Shown in pieces: positions 34,610 through 46,000 of a stretch of DNA of 64,000 bases; the first letter of the stretch is position 1; the number at the start of each line of letters is the position of its first letter. A program made the translations under genes and the position numbers. Source of the DNA: Macrostomum hystrix. Lineage: Eukaryota > Animalia > Platyhelminthes. The stretch spans positions 3,782,001 to 3,846,000 of the forward strand of contig CATNEN010000001.1 in the NCBI GenBank assembly GCA_950097015.1, given 5' to 3'. Under the pieces are notes generated by a model, which saw nothing but the letters and a program-made list of their open reading frames with translations, was not told the DNA's origin and did not search any database.

Positions 34610-35125
34610 ATGTGCTGCTCCTGTTCAAGCATCCTGCTGGTATTTCTCTCCCTACTGGTGATCAATAGTCTGGGTGTCGGCCTGGCACAGATCACCGTTG
34701 GCACCAGGAATCTCAATAATTGTCCGCATGACAGCCTCCTGCCAGTGGCTGTGATTGTCAATGGCAGCTTGGCAGCTCTGCTAGCCGTTTGGGGCGTCTG
34801 GGACGCCGTCAGGGTCAACAGCAAGTGGAACGGCGTCCCCGGCGAAGCTGAACGCCTGATGGGCCCGGCTGTGCCAGACGACGCATGTCTGCGCGGCATG
34901 GATGCCACCAGGTGGCTGCTGAACACGGCAGCCGTGGCCTGGGCTGTCCTAGTCCTGTTTATAGCAATTAGAACACGCGACGGTTACAATCAAAAATTGC
35001 CAGCCGGTTCGCCTGGCTACTGCGACGCTGACCTAGTACGCAACTCTGTTGTCCTAGCCTCACTGGCCGCTGCCAATGCGGGCACTGTGGCCCTAGTCAA
35101 TTTCGTCTGCTATTTTATGCGGTAG
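34610..35125 (+). CDS. TMEM272-like four-pass membrane protein, 171 aa, intronless
   Basis: Four hydrophobic segments with the family pattern IxVG...NCP...LPV.VIV.G, W in TM3 and YCD before TM4. Confidence 0.75.
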   Translation: MCCSCSSILLVFLSLLVINSLGVGLAQITVGTRNLNNCPHDSLLPVAVIVNGSLAALLAVWGVWDAVRVNSKWNGVPGEAERLMGPAVPDDACLRGMDATRWLLNTAAVAWAVLVLFIAIRTRDGYNQKLPAGSPGYCDADLVRNSVVLASLAAANAGTVALVNFVCYFMR

Positions 35126-35442
35126 ACTTCCACATCAGACAGTTGATTGAAAATGCGAATTCTACTTTTTCTGGTTGAGGGGATGAAATAGACAAATATA
35201 TTTGGCAGTAGACTCGTCCAGTTTAACAAACGATCATGTGGTTAAGGTAGCTTTTTCCTGTCTTGAATATCTAATTACTCGTTGGGCAAATAGAAATATG
35301 GCAGGCATATTTAGTCTATCTGTTGATTTCTGCTCACACCTGACTGTCTGTTTGTCTATTTCTGTTTAAATATCTCTACTTATTTTAATGACCTATTACT
35401 GCTTTCAATTCATTTTCGGTAACAGCCCCTTTTTATATCACT

Positions 35443-37640
35443 GACTGCTGACCAGTCTGTTTGTGTCAGTTTCTGCTGACCTGTCTGTTTGTGTCAGTGT
35501 CTGCTGACCTGTCTGTTTGTGTCAGTTTCTGCTGACCAGTCTGTTTGTGTCAGTGTCTGCTGACCTGTCTGTTTGTGTCAGTGTCTGCTGACCAGTCTGT
35601 TTGTGCCAGAGTCTGTGACCAGTCGGATTGTGTCAGTGTCTGTTTGTGTCAGTGTCTGCTGACCAGTCTGTTTGTGCCAGAGTCTGTGACCAGTCGGATT
35701 GTGTCAGTGTCTGTTTGTGTCAGTGTCTGCTGACCAGTCTGTCTGTGTCAGTGTCTGCTGACCAGTCTGTCTGTTTCAGTGTCTGCTGACCAGTCTGTTT
35801 GTGCCAGAGTCTGCTGACCAGTCTGTTTGTGCCAGAGTCTGTGACCAGTCGGATTGTGTCAGTGTCTGTTTGTGTCAGTGTCTGCTGACCAGTCTGTTTG
35901 TGCCAGAGTCTGTGACCAGTCGGATTGTGTCAGTGTCTGTTTGTGTCAGTGTCTGCTGACCAGTCTGTTTGTGCCAGAGTCTGTGACCAGTCGGATTGTG
36001 TCAGTGTCTGTTTGTGTCAGTGTCTGCTGACCAGTCTGTCTGTGTCAGTGTCTGCTGACCAGTCTGATTGTGTCAGAGTCTGTGACCAGTCGGATTGTGT
36101 CAGTGTCTGTTTGTGTCAGTGTCTGCTGACCAGTCTGTTTGTGCCAGAGTCTGTGACCAGTCGGATTGTGTCAGTGTCTGTTTGTGTCAGTGTCTGCTGA
36201 CCAGTCTGTTTGTGCCAGAGTCTGTGACCAGTCGGATTGTGTCAGTGTCTGTTTGTGTCAGTGTCTGCTGACCAGTCTGTCTGTGTCAGTGTCTGCTGAC
36301 CAGTCTGTCTATTTCAGTGTCTGCTGACCAGTCTGTTTGTGCCAGAGTCTGCTGACCAGTCTGTTTGTGCCAGAGTCTGTGACCAGTCGGATTGTGTCAG
36401 TGTCTGTTTGTGTCAGTGTCTGCTGACCAGTCTGTCTGTGTCAGTGTCTGCTGACCAGTCTGTCTATTTCAGTGTCTGCTGACCAGTCTGTTTGTGCCAG
36501 AGTCTGCTGACCAGTCTGTTTGTGCCAGAGTCTGTGACCAGTCGGATTGTGTCAGTGTCTGTTTGTGTCAGTGTCTGCTGACCAGTCTGTTTGTGCCAGA
36601 GTCTGTGACCAGTCGGATTGTGTCAGTGTCTGTTTGTGTCAGTGTCTGCTGACCAGTCTGTCTGTTTCAGTGTCTGCTGACCAGTCTGTTTGTGCCAGAG
36701 TCTGCTGACCAGTCTGTTTGTGCCAGAGTCTGTGACCAGTCGGATTGTATCAGTGTCTGTTTGTGTCAGTGTCTGCTGACCAGTCTGTTTGTGCCAGAGT
36801 CTGTGACCAGTCGGATTGTGTCAGTGTCTGTTTGTGTCAGTGTCTGCTGACCAGTCTGTTTGTGCCAGAGTCTGTGACCAGTCGGATTGTGTCAGTGTCT
36901 GTTTGTGTCAGTGTCTGCTGACCAGTCTGTCTGTGTCAGTGTCTGCTGACCAGTCTGATTGTGTCAGAGTCTGTGACCAGTCGGATTGTGTCAGTGTCTG
37001 TTTGTGTCAGTGTCTGCTGACCAGTCTGTTTGTGCCAGAGTCTGTGACCAGTCGGATTGTGTCAGTGTCTGTTTGTGTCAGTGTCTGCTGACCAGTCTGT
37101 CTGTGTCAGTGTCTGCTGACCAGTCTGTCTGTTTCAGTGTCTGCTGACCAGTCTGTTTGTGCCAGAGTCTGCTGACCAGTCTGTTTGTGCCAGAGTCTGT
37201 GACCAGTCGGATTGTGTCAGTGTCTGTTTGTGTCAGTGTCTGCTGACCAGTCTGTTTGTGCCAGAGTCTGTGACCAGTCGGATTGTGTCAGTGTCTGCTG
37301 ACCAGTCTGTTTGTGCCAGAGTCTGACCAGTCGGATTGTGTCAGTGTCTGTTTGTGTCAGTGTCTGCTGACCAGTCTGTCTGTGTCAGTGTCTGCTGACC
37401 AGTCTGTCTGTTTCAGTGTCTGCTGACCAGTCTGTTTGTGCCAGAGTCTGTGACCAGTCGGATTGTGTCAGTGTCTGTTTGTGTCAGTGTCTGCTGACCA
37501 GTCTGATTGTGTCAGTGTCTGCTGACCAGTCTGTCTGTGTCAGTGTCTGTTTGTGTCAGTGTCTGCTGACCAGTCTGCTTGTGACAGTTTTTGCTGACCA
37601 GTCTGTCTGTGTCAGTGTCTGCTGACCAGTCTGATTGTGA
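35443..37640. repeat. 28-bp-based satellite (tgtcagtgtctgctgaccagtctgtttg) with higher-order structure
   Basis: Variant units; an identical block recurs at 35925 and 36816 (891 bp apart). Confidence 0.95.
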
Positions 37641-38696
37641 GCCTGTTTACCTGTTTCTGATGTAAGTTAAACTGCCAACCTGTACCCGGATTTTTTTCAC
37701 TGGCTTACTATTTATGGTGGAAGGAATAGTTTGTCTGTCTTGAGTAATTTTTATCCTTTACAATTAATGTGACGATGTTTTAAAAAGTGGCATTCTTGGC
37801 TGTGTTAGCTGGCCGATACTAAATATGTAAAGTTCCGAGTGTTAGCTAAGTTAGCTAAGAAGACGAAGCACCAAAGTTACCATAATTTTCGATTTCTGAA
37901 ATAGGAAAAAATAATTATAGCCACAAACCTTTTATTCTTCAGTTTTATTACCGACTGTTAAGTTAGGGACTTGAACAAACAAAAAAACAGGGACGCTAAA
38001 AAATACAAGTACTAAAATATTGCCAATTACAGGAATCTATAACTACTAGTAAGATTAGATACCAGTAATGATGCTCTAAAAAATTGTATTTAGCATAAGA
38101 AAGACAAAAACAAACATTTGGAACGATTTGATCGGAACTACAGTAAAGTGAGAAATGAAATCTAACGAACATATTTTGGCATATAATGGCAGAATTAGCA
38201 TACAAAAACACTCAGTTTAATTGCAACTAATTATAATAGGATAAAATAATCAATGGTGGCTGCTAGTATCAACAACACTACATGTACTAATGGTGGAAGT
38301 ATATGTAAATGAATCGTACAATACTTGCGGGTCAATAACTATGACTTATAATTGTGTGTTCTATTTTTAGCTCGTAGCAAACCAGGAAACCCCTAAAGCG
38401 AGGCCTTTCAACCAATGAGAGCGAGCGACCTTGAAGCTAAACAAGAAAAGTATCCAGAATGTTTTTGCTAGAAAATTCAACCAATAAGAGCGAGCGGCCT
38501 TGGAGCACGCGGTAGTCGTGTGCTAAGCAGTAAAAAGCACAGGAGTTTTTTATTCCACCAATAAGAGCCCGTGGCCTTGAAACACGCGATAAGCATGTGC
38601 TAAGCAAGAAAAGCACCCATAATGTTTTAGCGGAAGTTTTTCGAGTCACGATTTGGTCAAGCTTGAAAGCAATTTACATAGAAGTGGATAAGGTCA

Positions 38697-39828
38697 TTAG
38701 AGCACCAACAATGAGACACAGGCGGACAATATGACGCACAACACAGCAGCTAATAACCAGCGTCGTTTAGAGGGCCTGCTAACCTGCATCATGTGCAGTT
38801 TGGCGTCTAGTAGCGCCTCGGCCTGAGGAAAACTCGAGCCTAAAATGACGAAACCGTGGCCTAGCCGGACAAACATTCGGTGCCTAGGATACGGATGACT
38901 GCGCATCAGTTCAATTAACGCTTCTGAATCTTCCGGTGTTGAGAATAACGTCTCAACTAAGGAACAGGGGACGTTGATAGACGCAGCTTTGTCCGCGGTT
39001 TCAAAAGCGTGACCGTGCAGGCTAATCATGGCGCTGCGACTCTCCAGAAGGGCTGCCCAGTGCAGCGGAGTGTCGCTAGTTGGCAGAATACGGGAACTAG
39101 CCGCGTAATAGCCGCACGACCAATTAGCCCAGTCAAAGCTGCTCACAATGCAATAATCATTATCGGTGTCGGATTCACCTTGGACTCTGCCGGATCTGCG
39201 GCCAATGGGGATAAATATTGGAATTAGGAATATAATCAGCTACTTTTAATATATATCTCACAAGGAATTGGTAAATTAGAATTTGTGACCTTTGATATTT
39301 TTTCTTGAAATAGGAATAATTGACATCTCACCTAGAGTTAGTGATATGGGATATTTTACTTAAAATAGGGATACATGACATCTCTTCATACATACATGAT
39401 ATTTCTTCCTCGAAATAGGGATATTCAAAATCATACCCAGAACTAGTGATATGGGATTTTTCCACGAAAAAATTGTCTCGGACATCTCACCTAGAATGAT
39501 GAAAATAAGAAATCCCATTCTGGTCAGCAACAGCAGTTAAATCTCACCTGCTAACTAACAAGGTGAGCTGTTGATCCGGCGGCACACCAGCCGGCTGTCT
39601 AGCCAGCACAGCAGCGGCATTGCCAGCCACCCTGCCGTCAGGAGCTACTGGTGCAACGCCGCGCTCCTCCATCCACTGCAGAGCGCAGGCCATTGTGAGT
39701 AGGTTGGCATCGTATCTCTCGCGCTGCTCAGAATTGGTACCGGCCGACAGCCACCAGTCGTCTAATTTGCCCAAATATCGACAGGTGAATTTCACTCGCA
39801 ATCCGCTCTCATTGGCATTGCCTGGCAT
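38697..39828 (-). CDS. Class II aldolase/adducin-fold protein with C-terminal TM anchor, 259 aa, 2 exons
   Basis: Exons 39828-39548 (donor gtgaga, phase 2) and 39195-38697. Ordered motifs AGNAA, VSRSG, PTSDTPLH, LHGH and RLGHGF parallel FucA/MtnB GN, TPxG, PSSE..H, HxH and xHG. Ends KRRWLLAAVLCVILSACVSLLVL. Confidence 0.75.
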
Positions 39829-40189
39829 TTTTTAAAGCTAAAATAAAAAGATTGGCCGAGTTGTACAATGCGCCTTATCAAGTACGCAGGTAACTACCTG
39901 CAATTAGACAATGACATGTGTAAGTCGGCTGATTTGTGAGATAAGAGATCTAACAGTAGATCTATTAGTTATGGAATCTTAATAGTACTTCTACAGTACA
40001 TTAAAGAAGAGCGGAATCTTGATTGTAGATTTCGGAATTATGGAATCTTGATATTCGATTTACATTTTTAGATGGGATCATAATAGCATATTTGTGAATA
40101 ATTTTAGATCCATATAGTCGATTGTTGCTACTATGCGAAATTTTATTGACAGCTGATTTAGAGAATTATGGGATATTGAATTAGTCGTT

Positions 40190-41640
40190 TTAGGGAAATA
40201 TGGGATCTTAATAGTTGATTAGGGAAATATGGGATCTGTATAGTTGATTAGGGAATTATGGGATCTTTATAGTTGATTAGGGAATTATGGGATCTTAATA
40301 GTTTATTTAGGGAATTATGGGATATTTATAGTTGATTAGGGAATTATGGGATCTTTATAGTTGATTAGGGAATTATGGGATCTTAATAGTTGATTAGGGA
40401 ATTATGGGATCTTTTTAGTTGATTAGGGAATTATGGGATCTTTATAGTTGATTAGGGAATTATGGGATATTTAAAGTTAATTAGGGGAATTATGGGATCT
40501 TAATAGTTTATTTAGGGAATTATGGGATATTTATAGTTGATTAGGGAATTATGGGATCTTTATAGTTGATTAGGGAATTATGGGATCTTAATAGTTTATT
40601 TAGGGAATTATGGGATCTTTATAGTTGATTAGGGAATTGTGGGATCTTTTTAGTTGATTAGGGAAATATGGGATCTTAATAGTTGATTAGGGAAATATGG
40701 GATCTGTATAGTTGATTAGGGAATTATGGGATCTTTATAGTTGATTAGGGAATTATGGGATCTTAATAGTTTATTTAGGGAATTATGGGATATTTATAGT
40801 TGATTAGGGAATTATGGGATCTTTATAGTTGATTAGGGAATTATGGGATCTTAATAGTTGATTAGGGAATTATGGGATCTTTTTAGTTGATTAGGGAATT
40901 ATGGGATCTTTATAGTTGATTAGGGAATTGTGGGATCTTTTTAGTTGATTAGGGAATTATGGGATCTTTTTAGTTGATTAGGGAATTATGGGATCTTTAT
41001 AGTTGATTAGGGAATTATGGGATATTTAAAGTTAATTAGGGGAATTATGGGATCTTTATAGTTGATTAGGGAATTATGGGATCTTTATAGTTGATTAGGG
41101 AATTGTGGGATCTTTTTAGTTGATTAGGGAATTATGGGATCTTTTTAGTTGATTAGGGAATTATGGGATCTTTATAGTTGATTAGGGAATTATGGGATAT
41201 TTAAAGTTAATTAGGGGAATTATGGGATCTTTATAGTTGATTAGGGAATTATGGGATCTTTATAGTTGATTAGGGAATTATGGGATCTTTAAAGTTAATT
41301 AGGGGAATTATGGGATCTTTATAGTTGATTAGGGAATTATGGGATCTTTATAGTTGATTAGGGAATTATGGGATCTTTAAAGTTAATTAGGGAATTGTAG
41401 GATATTTATAGTTGATTAGGGAATAATGGGATCCTAATAGTATATGTAGGAAATATTTGGGAAACTATGGAATCCTTATAGTTAATTAGGGCATTATGGG
41501 ATTTTTTAGTTGATTAGAGAATCATGGGATCTTATTAGTTTATTAAGGGAATTATGCATCTTTTTAGTTAATTAGGGAATTATGGGATCTTTTTAGTTGA
41601 TTAGAGAATCATGGGATCTTATTAGTTTATTAAGGGAATT
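40190..41640. repeat. 29-bp satellite (gggaattatgggatctttatagttgatta)
   Basis: About 50 copies with degenerate edges. Confidence 0.95.
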
Positions 41641-42267
41641 AATTGGTTTGGATAGGCGAAAGTCAGTCGTTTTTATAAAAAGGATTAAACGGTATAAAAA
41701 TTACGGAAATAATATAGATACTAACAGATAACAGCTAAAACAAAGATAAGTTACTAAAATTTCTAATTTTAAGTTTTCCTTGTTTTTAATCAAGCAGGAT
41801 CGAGAAAAGAAAAAAAATAATGAAATAAAGGATCATTTTAATTGACGGGCAAAAATTGTTATGAGCGTAAAGCAGTGTAATGCTGATTAAATTATAACCT
41901 TATTTAATTGTTATGCTATGATTTTATTAGCTTTTTAAACAGTTTATTTAGCAGAATACACAGACAACAGCATCAGAGTGAATAGCAATTGGAGTTGATA
42001 ATATAAATGTATGAGTTTTTCGCATATTTTAATATTTATAAAAGTAACACTTATAAAACGTGAAGGATTTCCAAGACCATGGAAACATGTAAACTCACAA
42101 AGTTAAAGGGAAGGAAACAAGTTTAAATAAACAAATTCATGCAGTATGGGGACATAATTACCAAAAATTTAATAAGAATAACTTACAAGTGGCTCCTTTT
42201 TAGAGGCAGACTTGACAAAATAACTTTAGTTCCAAATTGATAATTTAATTGTTGCACGATAAATAAA

Positions 42268-42905
42268 GGAATTCGACGAATCTAAATAGGGGAATTCGAC
42301 GAATCTAAATAGGGGAATTCGACGAATCTAAATAGGGGAATTCGACGAATCTAAATAGGGGATTTCGACGAATCTAAATAGGGGAATTTGACGAATCTAA
42401 ATAGGGGAATTCGAAGAATCTAAATAGGGGAATTCGAAGAATCTAAATAGGGGAATTCGAAGAATCTAAATAGGGGAATTCGAAGAATCTAAATAGGGGA
42501 ATTCGACGAATCTAAATAGGGGAATTCGACGAATCTAATTAGGGGAATTCGACGAATCTAAAATAGGGGAAGTCGACGAATCTAAATAGGGGAATTCGAC
42601 GAATCTAAAATAGGGGAATTCGACGAATCTAAATAGGGGAATTCGACGAATCTATATAGGGGAATTCGACGAATCTAAATAGGGGAATTCGACGAATCTA
42701 TATAGGGGAATTCGACGAATCTAAATAGGGGAATTCGACGAATCTAAATAGGGGAATTCGACGAATCTAAAATAGGGGAATTCGACGAATCTAAATAGGG
42801 GAATTCGACGAATCTATATAGGGCAATTCGACGAATCTAAATAGGGGAATTCGACGAATCTAAAATAGGGATAATTGTAGGAATCTAAATGGGTGAATTC
42901 GACGA
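42268..42905. repeat. 23-bp satellite (ggggaattcgacgaatctaaata)
   Basis: About 27 copies just downstream of the CCCH gene stop. Confidence 0.95.
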
Positions 42906-43000
42906 TTCTTAAATAAGGGAACTAGTCAAGCTCAAGTGGAAAAAAATGTTTTCAATGTTCAAACCACTCAGAAGTTGATAAACAACACTTCGACCGAAAT

Positions 43001-46000
43001 TTAGAAGTCGCTTCGGTCGGAGGCGTTGTCACCATTGCGACTAGAATTGCCGCTGCGATGACGACGCGCGCGCTTTGGAGTGTCGCTGTCACTGCTGCGA
43101 CTGTGCCTTCGCCGACGATACTGCTGCTGCTGCTGCTTCCTAGCCTTGTTTTCGTTGCGTTTCTGTTGCTCTCTTCGCCTCGTCTCGTCTCGCTGCTCCA
43201 TTTCTAGATTGTCCAATTCGTCGTAATCGTCTTCCAGTTGCACCACGGGACAGTCGTTGTCGGTATCTTCGTCGACGACAGGCGACGACCTGTCGGCTTC
43301 AACTTTTGGCCGAGTCGACGACCTAGTTGGTGGCGACAGCGGCGACGGAGGCGGCCGACGTTGACGCGACGTAGTCTTCTGGCTTTCATGCTGCTGCTGC
43401 TGCTTGCCGCGTTCACGCTCGCGCTGTTGATTGCTGCGGCTGCGGCTGCGGCTTTGGCTGCGGCTGATCAAGTAAAATTTAAAAGTACATTGTAGATTTA
43501 ATAATTTACATTTTATATTTTTGTGCTGCACCTGAACTGGCCAACTTTGAGTTATGCATCTTCTGAAACAAGAATCAAGTCGCCAGCTCTTCAGACCATC
43601 GAGATATTCAATGGTTCTGGGCGAAGATCTGATTTTCCCATAAGCGCTAGTGTATTTGATACACCCCTATACACGAATTAGCACTGCGCCTCAGTGCGGC
43701 CTTGCCAGGACTTCAAAATTGATCAGCATGTCACCCGAGTCTGCCTGCATTATCTCCGTCTTCGGTGGTCACCTAACTTTATCTAGACGGACTGCTGGAC
43801 CTTCAAGGCCTACAACAGATGAAACTAGGCCACTATGGACACCCTGACGCGATTTTCCCTGATTTCACTGATTAAGCCTAAATATTAGTCACAGCTCAAC
43901 CACAGGACACCATCGCCTAGTCTGTCAACCAATCAGCCACCACCCAATGCTGTTAGTATTCAGGCGCTGCAAAATAAATATGTTTCCCCTTGGTATTTAA
44001 ACGGTCGGCAAATTGGTTTGGTAGTCCTACTGTTAGTAGGAATTGATAACGCCTACCGAAACTGCGTCAGATGTGTTGCCGACACAGCACGGCCGCAGCT
44101 ATTACGCGGCGAACCTGAAGCCTGCGTACTGCTGTTCAGTCCATGGACTGGGAAGACGCTAAACCCACCCTTAATTACCCGAGCTAATGCTTGTACCCAT
44201 TTAATAGCTGGGTGAACTGAAGAAATATAGGGTAAATTGTATTATTTAAGGACACAAATGGTTCCAGTGGAGTCGGGAAACGAACCCCTGACCTCCAAGT
44301 CGCGTGTCAGACCTACAACCCCCAATATAGTGGATTTAACAAGGAATGTATTAACCACATTGCACAAGCTCATAAGCTTTAGCCTAGTAGATAAAGCGAC
44401 GGATGCACGACTGAAAGATCGGGCGTTCGATTCCCGACTCCACTGAAACAACTTGTGTCACTTATGTGTAACTAATTACCTTGGCTTGCGACCACGACTA
44501 ATGTTGCTGGGGCTTTGACTGCGACTGCGGCTGCCGCTGCGGCTTCGACTTTGACTTTGGGCTCGACTGCCGCGATTGCTGCTGCTGCTGCTGCTGCCGC
44601 GACCGCCACTGCAAACTGGGCAGGGCTTTTTAAGACGAAAATCAGCGTAAAGTACATTGCGCAGCAGGACGCGCTGATCCTTTTCGGCAACATTGACGCC
44701 TTTGCGAGATAGACGATGCGGCACGGACATGTCGTATGGATCGTGATTGCGCGGACAGCGACAATCGGATATGCCACGAACGTAGTCGTTGCACAGGTGC
44801 AAATAGTCGCAATTGTTTGAGCCGCGTTGGCAGCCGCGCTCAGTATTGTAATAACAGCAGGTGCATGGAAATACCACCTGAGAAATGTTCGGCAAACTCT
44901 AAACAATAAGATGCTTGATTTGGAGAATTAACAAGCTCATTTACTTGTTATAGCCACCCGTTAATAGCATACAAACACAGGACTTAGGGTTACCATTTAA
45001 CGGGCAGATACGCATGAGGGAAAGTGTAACCTGTTAACAGGCAAATACGCATAAAGGAAAAGGATTACTGGTTAACAGGCAAACACATTTAAGGGAATGG
45101 GGTAACCTGTTAACAGGTAAACACAAAAAGGGATAGGGTTACCGGTCAGCAGGCAAACACACATAAGGGATAGGGTTACCGGTCAGCAGGCAAACACACA
45201 TAAGGGATAGGGTTACCGGTCAGCAGGCAAACACCCAGTTCGAGCATTAAACCAGCCTCACCTTGAGGTTGTCGCGGACATTGTACTGACAGGTAAGAGG
45301 CCTGCCCTCGGCCAAGGGCTCAAGTTTAAGCATGACTTCGCGCGTGAATCCGTGGACCCAGCGGCAGGAGCGACCGTTTGGACAGGCGCCGCCAAGCCAG
45401 GCGCGGCAGACGTGCAAATCCCGACAGCCGGGCGATTGACATTCGCCGCGACCTTCGCCATAGTTGACGCACAACTGAACAGTGTCTATGGTAAGACCGC
45501 GCAGTTTGAAATGATGCTCATCCTGTATATAAGAGTTAAGAGTAACTCACTTTGATAATAAGAATAGAAATAGATTAGAATAGATTTTAAAAATAGAAAA
45601 AATAATGAGCGTAGCATTTCTGAGTTAGTTTTTAATAATAGAAACTGACGTCAGTGAGCCAGTCACGTGACTAGTTCAATGCGGTACTTAAAAGTACACA
45701 TTTTTAAAGAAATATAATTACCTTATAATAGAGTTTTTACTAAAATGGTATTCAATAAAATAGCAACTCACGTTGATAACGAGAATAGTGAGTACTTAAA
45801 TATTTACAAAAAAACAAAAAGCGCAGCACTTTCGAGATAGTTTCTAAATATAGAAACTGACGTCATTAAATTAACCCGTCACGTGACCAGCTCTGTGCGG
45901 TACTTGAAAGTACACACATCTCTTTAAGAAAAAATCGATTTTCATAGACTATTAACTAAGCACTAATTTTCATAGAATAACAGTCTTAGTCGCGCAGAGG

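Noticed and set aside
40190-41640. Telomere-like TTAGGG in each 29-bp unit (and ctaacc in the 13-bp array)
   Set aside because: These are single hexamers inside longer units, not tandem telomeric repeats, and genes lie on both sides.
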